NCBI GenBank assembly: GCA_029953675.1
Contig: JAMWBK010000003.1
Location: 496,001 to 560,000, forward strand
Reading direction: 5' to 3'
Length of the DNA: 64,000 nucleotides
Source: Rhodosorus marinus CCMP1338
Lineage: Eukaryota; Plantae; Rhodophyta
Positions 1-11,451 of the stretch are shown piece after piece. Within the stretch, counting starts at the first letter, position 1; each line of letters opens with the position of its first letter. Made by a program: the position numbers and the translations under genes. A model generated the notes under the pieces. It worked only from the letters and a program-made list of their open reading frames with translations, was not told the origin of the DNA and searched no databases.

Positions 1-3000
1 ATACTTCCGCCTTCACGACAGACTCCGCTTCTCGTGCCCAAGTGTCCAATATCGCTGCAACCCCTAACGATGACGCGGGAGATGTCGCAAGCACTTCCTT
101 AAACCTCTCACGTACTTTTCTGCTGACGCCTAACCACCTGCATCAAACCGCAAAAAACCACAGATTTGTATTCGATGAGTCTCAGCAAGACACGAGAACG
201 TATAAGCCAAGCAATAGTCCAGGGCGGTCAATCGTACCCCATGGGTGGCCTGCGAAAGGCGTATGAAGCACTTCCCTTCCTCGGGTAGCCCTTCGAAACG
301 TGGATTATTAGAGTCGGCATGCTGTGGTCCATAATCCGCAATCGGCAGACAACAACTGGCAAGTTGAACTCGTTCTTAATCGTTAACTGTAGATGAGGGA
401 TCTTTCTCACAACCTCATCGCATTCCGTATTTACAGCATCTCTCAAGCTCTTGCCATCATCCGCGTGTGCTGGTACGAAAGCAAAATATTGACCCGGTCA
501 GACTGCGCCGACAGTCGAGCCACTAGGACATAGGCATGACTACGGTGCGAGGATGAGCAGGGTAAAGCACTTACTTTTCGGCTTCTTGGCAAGGCGTAGG
601 CCGTCAACACTGCATTCGAAGACAACCCGCGACGAGATGAAGTTGCTCGGAGACATAATCGCAATTTCAGGATTCCCCGCACCAAGCAGGCCGTTCGAAC
701 TCATCTCCACCTTCGAAGGATTCCGCAGAGCGTGGAGTGTGTTCTGTATTCTTTCACTTTTTCCTCGTTTCATCTTGGATAGCGGAAAATATTGAAAACA
801 CGTGAACACGAGTTGTAAATGCATCCAACGATTCTGCACTCGCCTACCTCCGCGTCAACAAACTCGTCAAGTTTCTGCACTTGCTCCACGGCCATTACAA
901 CACGCTCGGATACGTGCGCCACCACGTGATTCCAATTTAGCTGCGTGTTATTCGGTACAGAATTCGCTGGTTCGGATTTCTCCGGCTGTGCAGGACTTGG
1001 TGCCTGCTTAGGCTGCCCTGTTGGGGGTGATGGCTTGGGTTTTTGTTGTTTCGAATTGGACGTCGATTGCGATCCCGAACCACCCCTCGCCATCTGAACC
1101 TGATAAGATTTAACAAGTCCGCAGTAGCAACTAAGACCTTGGTCCTACAGGAACATGCTTGGATCATATAGCAAACCTGGATAGGTAAGTTTGGCTCCTG
1201 CTTCGCTCGCTGCCTGGGGGTTGGGTTCTTCCGCGGTGACGCGGTCAGTCTACTTCTCTGTCTCTGTACTTGTTCAGCTTCCACGGCAGGCCCCTCGTTT
1301 CCCATCATCTTCATTCCATTCTCCACAGCACTAGCAACAAGCTTCTTCTGGGTAACCGCCTGTCTCCGCTGCTGTGCGACGGGTACTTGCACTGCGGTGG
1401 GGTCCAGCGGACGATTGCCCTTGTCGGCTACAGCCTGATCTGGGACCAGTTTAGGGGCGACACCTAGATGAGCAGGCAAAACAAAACACGTTTCAGCGAG
1501 GACAGAATATCAAAGAAAAACTCTCCCCAAACTTTGCCTACCTGGCTGCGCCGTGTATTGCGGAGCTCCATGATGCCCAGCATCCACGGTATGCTCTGGC
1601 ATTGGTTGGCCTTGCACGGGTTCGTTACGCTTCACTTGGTCTTTTATCCAACGCATTAGGAAGTGGATCATCTGTCTGACCCGATCCAGAGCTTCAACGC
1701 TGTTGTAGTTAGGTGGTAGTGGCCTGGTCAAGTTTAGAATCTTAATGCACAACCGCGTCTTCTCCACAAAGTTCTCCTTCTTATCCGCTGGTATCGCAAC
1801 CCGGTTCGTGTACACCAAGAGATTCATACTCGTGAGCTTGTCAAAATATTCACTTTTCATGGTCTGCAGCGTTTGCCAGGCTAGTTTATCGTTTGCGTTC
1901 TTATTCGCTGCCGCCCGAATTTGTTGCTGATTCTGGCCTCTAGATCGACCGCTACTCATTGAGGACGTATGCGGATCCTGCTTAGCCGCGGCCGCCATTT
2001 GCATAGGCACCCCGTTGGAAACCTTCAAAGGGTGGACCAGCGCAAAGAAAACTGAACTTAGGAACCAGGCTCGTCGACTTTTCCGGAGTCAGTTCCATAC
2101 CTGATCATTGGACATTCCACCTCCTCGTTGCTCATAGAGTTCACGCATCGCCTGTTCTTGCTTATATAACGCCGGCTTCGGGGTTTGATTGCCAACGTTG
2201 CCCATGTTCATCTGTCTCTGCTGCTCCGAGTTAAACACTCGAAACTGCTCCTGTAACTCTGCTGCGTTCGTAGACTGCTGAGGGTACTTTGTACCATCGT
2301 TGGGGTTCATCATATGGCCATTTCCGCTACCCGCGCTCAATTGTGCCTGCTGGGGAAACGCCTGCTGCTGTCTCTGGAGCCCAAGCTGAGCGTTAACCTT
2401 CGGATCCATCCAATTGGATTGCTGCGGCGTCTTGCGATTAGTAGCGGCCTGGCCCATCATTTCCTGCTTGAAACCTCTCCCAGCGTTAGGCATCATCCTC
2501 ACGTTCGCCTACATATCAGAGAACCAACGCCAGTACGAAATCTCAGGTCTGGGAATCCGCTCAAAATTGCTGAGGAAAATAAATGCCTACCTCTTGCGCA
2601 GGGTTGGACATGTTCTGCTGCCCTCCGTTATCCTCTTGTCCCATCATCTTTTGTTGAACCATGGGGTAGAACTCCCCGCCTAACATGTCACCCTGGGGCA
2701 TCTGCTTTTGATGGTCACCATATGCCTTCCCGAGTCCCTTCGCAATCTGGTCTCTATGGTCCTTGGAGAGGTTACTCACTTTGCCGCGCATCTTCTGCTG
2801 GTTTGCTAGGAACTGCATAGCCTGAACCTGGGCGCTATTCGCACCTTGATTTGCTAGCTGAGGGTTGACCATGCCTTGCTGCATGACTTGCCCCTGTTGA
2901 GCCATCTGATCCTGGCCCTGCCTAGCTGCGTGCATTCCCTTCATCGTAGCTTGCATACGCTGCTGTGAATCTACTGGATAGTTTCCCTGCTGAGGATATC

Positions 3001-3643
3001 GCCCCTGATGAACCAGCAGATACCAAACAGGGGCGTCAGCACATGTCAAAGATGCCATAATCGCTGGGAAGTCTCTTCGGGCCAGTTTCCGAGAGTATAC
3101 TTTGGATGGGGCATTACCTGGCGCATGGCTTGGTTCTGGGTCGCACTCAGGTGCTGCCCTTGAACTTGGCCTCTCCCTCCTAGCGACCCTTGCATCTGTT
3201 GCTGTTGCTGCTGCTGCTGTTGTTGCTGTTGTTGCTGTTGTTGCTGTTGTTGTTGTTGTTGCTGCTGTTGTTGTGGCTGTTGCTGTTGTTGTTGGGGCGC
3301 CGCATGTTCGGGTTTCTTTAAGAACGTCATGATGTTACCCGTGTACTGCTCGTGGCTTGATGCACCCTCATAGATCCTTCGTTCAATTTGCTGAGCCTGT
3401 ATCTTCAATTCCTGGGAGGTTGAACAACTCTAGTCAGTTCGAAATCCAACGCATCGCCTATGACCCTCCTCTTCACAAAAAATGAACAGGTAGCAAGGAC
3501 TCAAACAGAGACCTTGCAATTTATTGATTCCCCTGACGGCTTACCTTTTCATCCTTCCCCGGCTGAAGATTTTTCAACTTCTGAAGCAACAGGTTACATA
3601 TCCGCCCCCTCGGCGGCTGACGAGCGTCATTTTGCCTCTCCAT
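1..3643 (-). CDS. MED15: Mediator subunit 15-like protein (N-terminal KIX-like domain, long Q-rich region, conserved C-terminal domain); multi-exon, stop codon lies left of the window
   Basis: ATG at 3643 gives MERQNDARQPPRGRICNLLLQKLKNLQPGKDEK. GT-AG intron 3412-3544 joins this to ELKIQAQQIERRIYEGASSHEQYTGNIMTFLKK, a KIX-like helix pattern. Successive minus-strand ORF pieces (3046-3408, 2561-3058, 2089-2502, 1510-2028, 937-1479, 770-1093, 540-839, 228-446) join in frame through GT-AG introns. The C-terminal part (VFECSVDGLRLAKKPK...LIIHVSKGYP...AILDTWARE) resembles the plant MED15 C-terminus. Confidence 0.7.
3196..3294 (-). repeat. Mixed CAA/CAG polyglutamine tract (Q6-P-Q26) inside the MED15-like gene
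   Basis: Plus strand reads (ctg/ttg)n, interrupted once by tgg (Pro codon on the minus strand). Confidence 0.95.
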
Positions 3644-5834
3644 CCTTTAGAAGCGACGAAGCAGGCTCGAATCGCAAGCCTGAAACCCACCAATATCACA
3701 GTGAAGCCTAATAAAAAACCCTCCAAGTTCCCTCCCTCACCCAAGTTCTGATGTCTCTCCCCAATGAGAGAGCCCCTCAGCCAACGAGGGCCATCCAAGC
3801 CCTCCACACACCAAGTCCACTAGACTCCAAACTATTTGAGGCAGGTGGATCCTACCCAAACCACTCCGTCAACGACAAACAAACCTTTCCACCACCACAA
3901 AGAAAAAAAAACAGGCTGCGAATACCAGCAAAACCGAAAAGAACCCAACGCAGGCAATCTGCAACTCCTCGGTTTTCCAATTCGCAATCCGTTTTTCTCT
4001 ACTTCCTCACACTTTCTACCTTTCAGAGTCTACAAATATTTACCATATCTCACCTCGAGGACCGATATACCCTCTCTAACCCCCCAAAAAACCCTACAAA
4101 TGTCAACCCTTTCCTCCTAGTCCACCCCCCCTCTTCTTCGCCATCCCCAACTTCTCTCCAAATTCGTCTTTAAAAAGCAAAAGTCAAACATTCCACTTCT
4201 CCGAAATCCCAGAAAAAAGACCTCAATTTCAATGATCTCAACCAAAATAAATGAAAAAAAAACTCAAAACATTAAAAATATATTCCATGAGACAGATACA
4301 GTAAACGTAACATATTCTGTGAATGCAAACTATGAATCAAATATTTGGAAACTAATTTAGGATTTTTGTGAGGTGAAATTAGGATTTGAATTGAATCCCC
4401 TGAACAGATTTAAAAATGTATTTCACAAGAGAAACGGGTTTTGTAAGTCTCAGTTTCGTGAATTAGCTATATATTTATTAGTAAACTTTTGTGCTGTACA
4501 TTGAGTGACGAAGTGAAATTTTAAAGGTACCGCGGTTCCTCCTTTTTTCGCTGATTCTGGGCAGGTGTCAGAATACGCCACCAGCGAGAAGAGAGGAGTC
4601 AGTTTTGCTTGTGTTCGTTGAGCGTGGGAGGAATGCGGTGCCTCCTCCGCCCCGGTTCTAGGTGTCATTGTGCTTTTTTGTTCTCGTAAAACGTCCTACT
4701 GATTGCCTAGGCGACTGCCTACCTTGTGTGCTTCGCAGATTGGCTGTCTCCGGGTTATGAAGACTACGAACAAAATCTTCCAGTATTCTACCTAGCGAAG
4801 CTACATTATAAGTACGGAGTTCTCGGCAGGGGTCGGAAAAAATTCTGAATCGATGCAAACAGACTGGTATTCAAGAAAGGGTACGGAACTCCCAGAAATT
4901 TAACAAATACTTTAGCTAATGTTCTTTATTCAATATTATCTGTTGCAGTTTGGGGTTACGGTGGTATGGAACATGTATTTCTGTCGTAGTCGTTATTACC
5001 CCCCGGTTAAAGTGTGAGGATAGAACGAACACAGTCTTCTTCGGAGAGACACAGGGGTGATGGTGGCCCTGGTGGGCACTCTCAGGAGTGAAAATGGCTT
5101 CCCCAATTTTCGCTCCTGCACACTCTTCTTTGCTTAATCTGATCACGAGGATTCATCTGTTTTTTTTGGTCGCGCTAGAACATCGTAGCGTAGACCGCCG
5201 GGAAACTCCGGACAGAAGCCGTGGGAGCCTTCGAATTTGATCCTCGCCTGGCTATCTTTGTAACAATACAAAAGCTAACTTTTCGCAGTCGCAGACTCGA
5301 AGAGCGCGGGAGTTCCAAAACAAGCCAACCCCTGAAAAACAAAGTGCGGGAAGCGTGCAGCCTTGTTCCATTTCTCGGCCTCTGAATCCTTCACATGCCA
5401 GAGACATCTCGCCACCCGGCCCTTCTATTGCATAGTTTGTTCTCATCCTATCTCTTTCTTGCAAACCAACCTAAAGGGTTACCGCTTCATAAAGCAGCTG
5501 TTCATATCCTGAGAGTAGAGGGGCCCTGGCAAAATGCAGTCCAGACTTAATCAATATTTATAGTGATTGCTTTTCTTCATTTCATCGCAAGGATAGCCAG
5601 AATTCCAACATTCCCACCTCAACCCTTAGAAACGGCTTCAATCAAAACAGAAAATGATCTGCGGGTTGAAATTCAAAATGTTGCTTCATCGCTTCAAAAC
5701 TCCCTTTGATTTACCTCTTTTGTATTTTATTGAGCATTTAAGACTCGTTTAGGGTGAATCTTGTACTTCTTTAGGTACTTTCTAGTCTTAGTTTATGGAT
5801 GTATAATGATTGAGAATATCCATACTAGATTGAC

Positions 5835-5844
5835 TTCAGTCAAT
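5835..5844 (+). promoter_or_regulatory. Initiator-like motif TTCAGTCAAT upstream of Derlin
   Basis: Exact 10-mer also found at 9530(+), 17342-17351(-) and 41783(+). It lies about 270 nt before the Derlin ATG, at the start of a G/T-rich leader, and matches the TCAGTY Inr consensus. Confidence 0.4.
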
Positions 5845-6101
5845 ATGTGCATGAGTCTTCGTGAGGTGCTGTTAGGGAAGTTTGTTTGTATTTGATGTTG
5901 AAGACATTGAGATGAAGATCATGGGCTTCGGCAATGAGACCAGGAACCGTGAGACTTGGATTTGACCGATTTTGGACGATTTTAGAGGTTCTGTATGTTC
6001 TGAACGATTTCAAGAGGTTATTTTGGGAGAGCCGTGACTTCGGAGAGTGTCGGGAGTGGGTTTGTGAGTGTGTGTGTTTTTTGTTTTGGCTTGAGGAGGG
6101 G

Positions 6102-6997
6102 ATGGGGAGTAATTTTGGGGCTAATGTTGGAAGAACTGAGCCCAGTTTATGGGATTATGTCCTACGCGTGCCGCCCGTGGTTCGGTACTACTTTGCAGGG
6201 TCATTGCTCGTGACCTTTTTGTGGCATTTTCGGATTATTCCATCGAAACCCGTGCTCCTGGATTGGGAGAGTGTATTCCGCAATTACAATCTACCGCCGG
6301 TGGTGTTGTCGTTCTTCCACTGGGGCCGTATCACAAGGGATCGGCTTTTCGAGTTGATCTTCATGGTCATGACTCTTTTCAGACAGGGAACATACCTGGA
6401 ACTGTCGATTTTCTCTGGCGATGCGTCGGAGTATGTTTTCTCCCTAATATTCTGCGGGCTGATTATCTTGGTCCAGGACTTGTTCTTCCCATCGTACTTT
6501 CTCGCCAAATGTCTCATAATGGCGATACTCCAAATCTGGGTGCGGCACAACCCAAACCAAGACGTCAAAGTGATCTTCTTCACAATCCGGGCGTTCTATC
6601 TTCCCTTGGTGATGCTTGGGGCGGATTTCGTCTTCTCCGGAGGACGATTCCCGTTCATAACGCTGAAGGGACTCGTCGCAGGGCACATGTACTACTTTTT
6701 GACCGAGGTAACGAAACAGTCCTGCCTCGAACCCGATTCTCTTTCAGCTGTGACCTGACCGCAGAGCCTGCATTGAACCTTTGTCTCTAGATTTTGCCAA
6801 GGCTGCCTGGGTATAAGCACGTTTTGTATGCACCGCAGTGGTTTAAGGGGTTGTTCTCACAAACCCCTCAGAGTCAACAGCCCACAGTGGGTTTCTTTTC
6901 TGGTAATCAGCAAGGTCAACCTGGTAGGCCAGCGGCCGCCCCGCCTGCAGCGCAGGTAGCTCATAGATGGGGATCGGGCAGTCGCCTAGGCAGCTAA
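6102..6997 (+). CDS. DER1: Derlin (Der1-like ERAD membrane protein), 2 exons
   Basis: ATG at 6102. Multi-TM ORF with Derlin hallmarks (VPPVVRYYF, YLELSIFSGDASEYVF, FFTIRAFYLPLVMLG, GLVAGHMYYFL). Intron 6708-6790 joins to ...AHRWGSGSRLGS*, the typical Derlin SHP-like end. Confidence 0.92.
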
Positions 6998-7128
6998 GAC
7001 AGTTCCAATTGTAGTGGTTTGTGCTTTTTATAACCTGCGTATTGAGGTCACGGTACATAAATTAAATCTTGTATCAAAGGCTTTTCGAGTCGTGCAAACG
7101 AGACGAGCAAGGGCGGTGGGGTGAGGCA

Positions 7129-8470
7129 TTAGCCAGCGTCGTTTTGTCGTCGCGGTGAGCGACGATTCGTGGGATTTCGTTTGGCTGGCTTTGCATCAAA
7201 TGAATCCTCCGACGGCGAGAGTAGCGAGAACGGGCTCACGGCCAGGTTTTCCTCCGAGTGACGCAGTGGTTTGATGTTTCCTTCAACGATCTCTGATGAA
7301 TCCAGCGGGGACAAGTACATATCCTCCTCTTTGGCCGGAATAGCCTTCCCGGGGAACTCCTCCTCTGCCTTTAACCCAGGCTCCACTTTCTGTGCCTTTC
7401 TCTTCCCTGTCTTGCGCTTCTTGCTTGTGCTTGTCCCACGATGATAGTCATCGAACACGGTGACGAAGAGGACGGTTTGGGCCCAACCTGCCATGTCTAC
7501 AACGACGAAAGACGGAACACAGTGACTTAGAAAAACGAGGAAGCGTAGCAAATTGACGTAAAGCATCGTTTTTCACAGGCTGCAAAACCGCACCTCCGAA
7601 AAGAGTCCTATAGTGATCCCCGATCTTATCGTAGACCGCGTTCGTAAGGGATTTCCCTTTCAATGAAGGTATGTACTTGCTGACGGTCATCTTCCAGATG
7701 TGTGTGTCGATAGGAATTTCATCGTACTTGTCCAGAGAAAACAGTGCAATACAGGAGGCGACTTTCTTCCCGATGCCTGGAAGCTCCAGCAGCTTCTCCG
7801 AAACCTGGTTTCGATCTTCACTCCGGAGCTGAAGCAGCCATTTCTCACCGCCCCGCTCCTGCAAGGCTCTTGCAGCTCCGACAATGTATCTCGCCCTGTA
7901 ACCAAATCCGTTCTCTCTCAGCTCCTGCTCCGTGGCTTTGTCACACAATTCGCCAATTGTCGGGAAGGTATAAAACTGGTGGCCCGCGAAGTCTGCCACA
8001 CGCTTCCCGTACTGAGCGGCGAGGAAGTTCACCATTGAACTGATTCTCTTAACGTTGTTATTTGAAGAACAGATAAACGAGAATAGACACTCAACGGGAT
8101 CCAACCGGAGCACTCGTGTACCGCGGACCAGAGGAATCGCCCTCGCAATATTCTCATCCTTCTCCGCGAAAGTTTTCATGAGCCGGTCACATTTCACCCC
8201 CACATTGAAGTAGTCCGCCAGGGTCTCCTCCAACGGCTCCAGTCCCGGCTCCTGCCAGTACTCGACGTCCTCCTGTTCCTGTTTCAATACGACGACTCGA
8301 TCTTTCACCACTCCTGCCCATGTTTGACCTTCATCAATCTCCCGCCAACGGAACGCCATGCCCTTTTGGAGGACTTTCTCCAGCCGAACCGACTCCCCAC
8401 ATCGATTCAGCTTCTTCCAACCCATTCTCAGTTGTCCTCGTCCAAACGAGCCTACAAAACTCATCGCCAT
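7129..8470 (-). CDS. OGG1: 8-oxoguanine DNA glycosylase/AP lyase, 2 exons
   Basis: Motifs RVLRLDPVECLFSFICSSNNNVKRIS, GFGYRARYI and HhH-GPD LLELPGIGKKVASCIALFSL..IPIDTH. Intron 7497-7593 gives LFGDMAGWAQTVLF, followed by a basic tail. Confidence 0.95.
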
Positions 8471-9529
8471 CAAAAGTAGTGATGAGCTCTACGTGTCTCC
8501 TGGTCAAGCGAGCGCAACCCTCTTCGTCGGCTCGAGAGGGGATCCTACCTCGTCACTTACGACAGCCGCAACGATGCAGACTTGATCACATGCGTTAACA
8601 GACAGATCCAGAGCCCATTTCGTGGGGCATCTAAGAACAGTCTGGCTCGCAACATTCAAGGAGACTTCCTTGACGAATCTCGGTGATGTGATGGCCACTT
8701 CCAACACATCAAGGAAGAGAAACGAGTTTAACCACGCGTATTTCTTCCTTGACGTTTTCGTGCTCTCGTTTACGAGAACCCTCACAACCCAGTGTGGGTG
8801 CCCCAGGGCACCCACACGGGGTTATTGCAGGAGGAGTCACAATTCTGTGGATTACTGCAATGCAAACAAAAACAATCAGTGCATTAGGGCAATGCTCTGG
8901 CGCTCTAGCTCCGCCTTAGTTTTACAGGGCACGGTCTTTCTGCTTGGCCTTAATTCTCGGTCGATGTAGCCTATTGAGAAGACGAAGAACCACCGGCATC
9001 GTGGGTACACTCAATCGTCCATTGGATTCGATTGCGATCGGACAGAAGCTATCAGGATCAGTAACGACACAGTTGTACTTGCGGAGTTTCAAGGTGACTG
9101 CGTGAGCTCTACGGTGCGTAGTCTCTCCCACTACTCAGAGTCTTCGCCTTTACCACTGCCCCAGTGCCAAAATCCCCCCGAAAACGAACAAAACAAACCC
9201 TTCCAAAAACAACACAATATATTTAAATAATAAACTAAAAAACCAAACACAAACACACCAATAAAAACCTCCAGAAAACTATCATTCGTATTCATTTGCC
9301 AGATTTCATATCAGGCCTATTTCATTGGCTTAATACTGACAATAATATCTCACAAATCCATACAATTTACCCCCCCTGGTAAACAAATATATTCATATAA
9401 TATAAACTTTTTTCAGTATGTAAGCCCATCGCTCTCAGGGGTAAGATCGTATATATCCCAAAATTTAATAAAACCAATAATTTGTTCATACTATATTAGT
9501 CATACTAATTATATTTATGAAATACAATA

Positions 9530-9539
9530 TTCAGTCAAT
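9530..9539 (+). promoter_or_regulatory. Initiator-like motif TTCAGTCAAT
   Basis: Exact 10-mer in an AT-rich intergenic segment about 370 nt upstream of the ATG at 9900. Confidence 0.4.
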
Positions 9540-9899
9540 AAATAGTGTAAATATATTATTTGATATGATTTTAATAATGATTGATAACAACCTATAAACG
9601 TAGTATTGGATTAATTTTGAAATTTCATTGAGGTGGCGTTTTGATGTTTTAGCTTGTTTGTATGTCTCTTTGGTTCCGCCTCCCTCTGTCTTGGAGGAGG
9701 TGCGGTACGGAACAGAGTAGGGAGTCTTGTGTAGGATAGATCTTCTGGAATGGAGGAACGTTTGTTTTGAAGCTGTTAAAGTGAGGGATGGAGTAGTAGA
9801 CATATTAAGGCTGGTTTGAGTTGCTAGAAGGGAACTTGTTGTTGGAGGATTTAGGGTGTGGGTTCTGACAGTAGGGGTGGGGGCGGGGGGAGGGGAGTG

Positions 9900-10979
9900 A
9901 TGGGGTTGGGCTTTGCTGGAATAGGGTTTGGTGGCGTTGGGGGTGCGGTAGTGAAGCGATGTGCTTGCTACAGAGATGGAAGGAATCGAATGAAAGCATT
10001 AAGTTCTGTATCTTCGGGATCGACTGGTTATGCGAAAGGGAAAGACCAGCATTGGCGGGTTTCTGAACCTTGGAGTTTCGAGGCTGCAGGTGATCCGTAC
10101 TCGGACGACGAGGATATTGTCTTGCCGATAGGCTCGGATGAGAGTATTTATGTACAGGATATCCTTGCGGAGAGCGCGGAAGCTCTGAGCTTTGCTCTAG
10201 AGGAGAATCAAGAGGGCATATATGTAAATGCGATGTTAAGAGATGACCGAGCTGGTAGGGTTGAAAGCGTCCGGACGTCTAGCAGAACTGGAGTTGAGAT
10301 CGATCCTGTTTTTGATCCGGAATCAGGTACCAGAGCGTTGCCACTGCTGATGTCGTGATGTGTTAACTGTTTATATTGAAATACCTTTCCGCGCCTGCGC
10401 TGAAATCAGGTGAACTAGTTGTCGAGGTGAGCAGCGGCGAGGAATTGACTTGGACAACTTTTGAGGATAGAGTATCGATTATCATTTCACCAAGTGGTCA
10501 ATCGGATGGCATGCAAGTGAAGACTTGGGTGACTGAGGAACCACTTCCTGCACCGCAGTGGTCCCAGGAGTTGAATCGACAGGTTCTCACCCTTGAGCGG
10601 AGACGATCGGCACTGGAACTATTTCTCGACCAGGTTGAGATGCGAATGCTGGCCTTGACCAAGAGAATTCTCGATTCCCGCAAGCGTTTGAGAAACAACC
10701 CAGAGCACGAGACTAGCATCCTCTACTGCGAGGTAATGCTCAGCCAAGCAAATAGGGTGCAGCCTCCAGTCTTGCTTTTATACATTCCGCACGCAAAGGA
10801 AGAAACAGTGAACCACCAACTGATTCATTCCTTTGCTGCTCCTCACGCAGGAACTTGAAAGGCAGAGAATACACACGTGGGAACAGAGGCTTATCATCGT
10901 GGACAAGCTGTCCTCGACGGAACAAGAACTCGAGGACAATCGCTCAAGTGGAATCCAGCTGGAATCCACACCCCAATAG
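9900..10979 (+). CDS. Hypothetical, probably plastid-targeted protein with a C-terminal coiled coil, 3 exons
   Basis: ATG at 9900 gives MGLGFAGIGFGGVGG... (transit-like). In-frame GT-AG introns at 10327-10409 and about 10733-10850. Exon 2 carries a heptad-rich helix (ELNRQVLTLERRRSALELFLDQVEMRMLALTKRIL). Stop TAG at 10977-10979. Confidence 0.7.
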
Positions 10980-11451
10980 TCCGGAATGTCCCAAGTCGGA
11001 GCTCTGTCACTTCCCTTAACTCCTCAAGAGGCGATTAGACTATGGGTCAACATGCCGCTTCCACTTCGAGGTGGACTTTGGCTATATTTATTAACACTGT
11101 TATAAGATCCTAGCAAGAAGGAAACAAATTTTTTTTGAAAGATGCCAGTAAAGGTGCCTCCCCTATAGTGACCGAGAACGAATGCGCTTCCTCTTAAAAG
11201 TCAACAGCGAAGAAGGTCCCTCGACGCTTGACCATCAGCCCTTGGCTTCTTCCTTAGGTCTTCGGTAGCAGATGGAGGACACCTGGTCTGTATATTAAAC
11301 GACTTCCCGATGCTTAGCCACGTTGCTATTCTAACCTTATTGATGTCCTCTGCTTAGCATAGTTCGCTTTCCTGTTCGGTGCTCTTCGGCGGGAGTCAAG
11401 ATCAAGCGTTGTCGCAGGGTTAACTCTGGACACTCTGAAGCACTCGGCTGG

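Noticed and set aside
3102-3332. Ala/Val-rich ORF
   Set aside because: Antisense shadow of the polyQ tract.
5056-5146. C/D-box snoRNA-like segment (GTGATGG ... CTGA)
   Set aside because: Box C is imperfect, there is no terminal stem, and the best rRNA complementarity I could see upstream of box D is only about 7 nt.
5934-6101. Extended N-termini given by the ORF track for Derlin (also the ZupT, APT1, 4-TM and Gly-rich ORFs)
   Set aside because: The extensions are G/T-rich leader sequence translated in frame; family homology starts at the downstream ATG.
10977-11105. Possible stop-codon readthrough: 41 more open codons with a hydrophobic end after TAG
   Set aside because: A 41-codon open stretch is common by chance, and the 3' context (TAG TCC GGA) is not a known readthrough signal.
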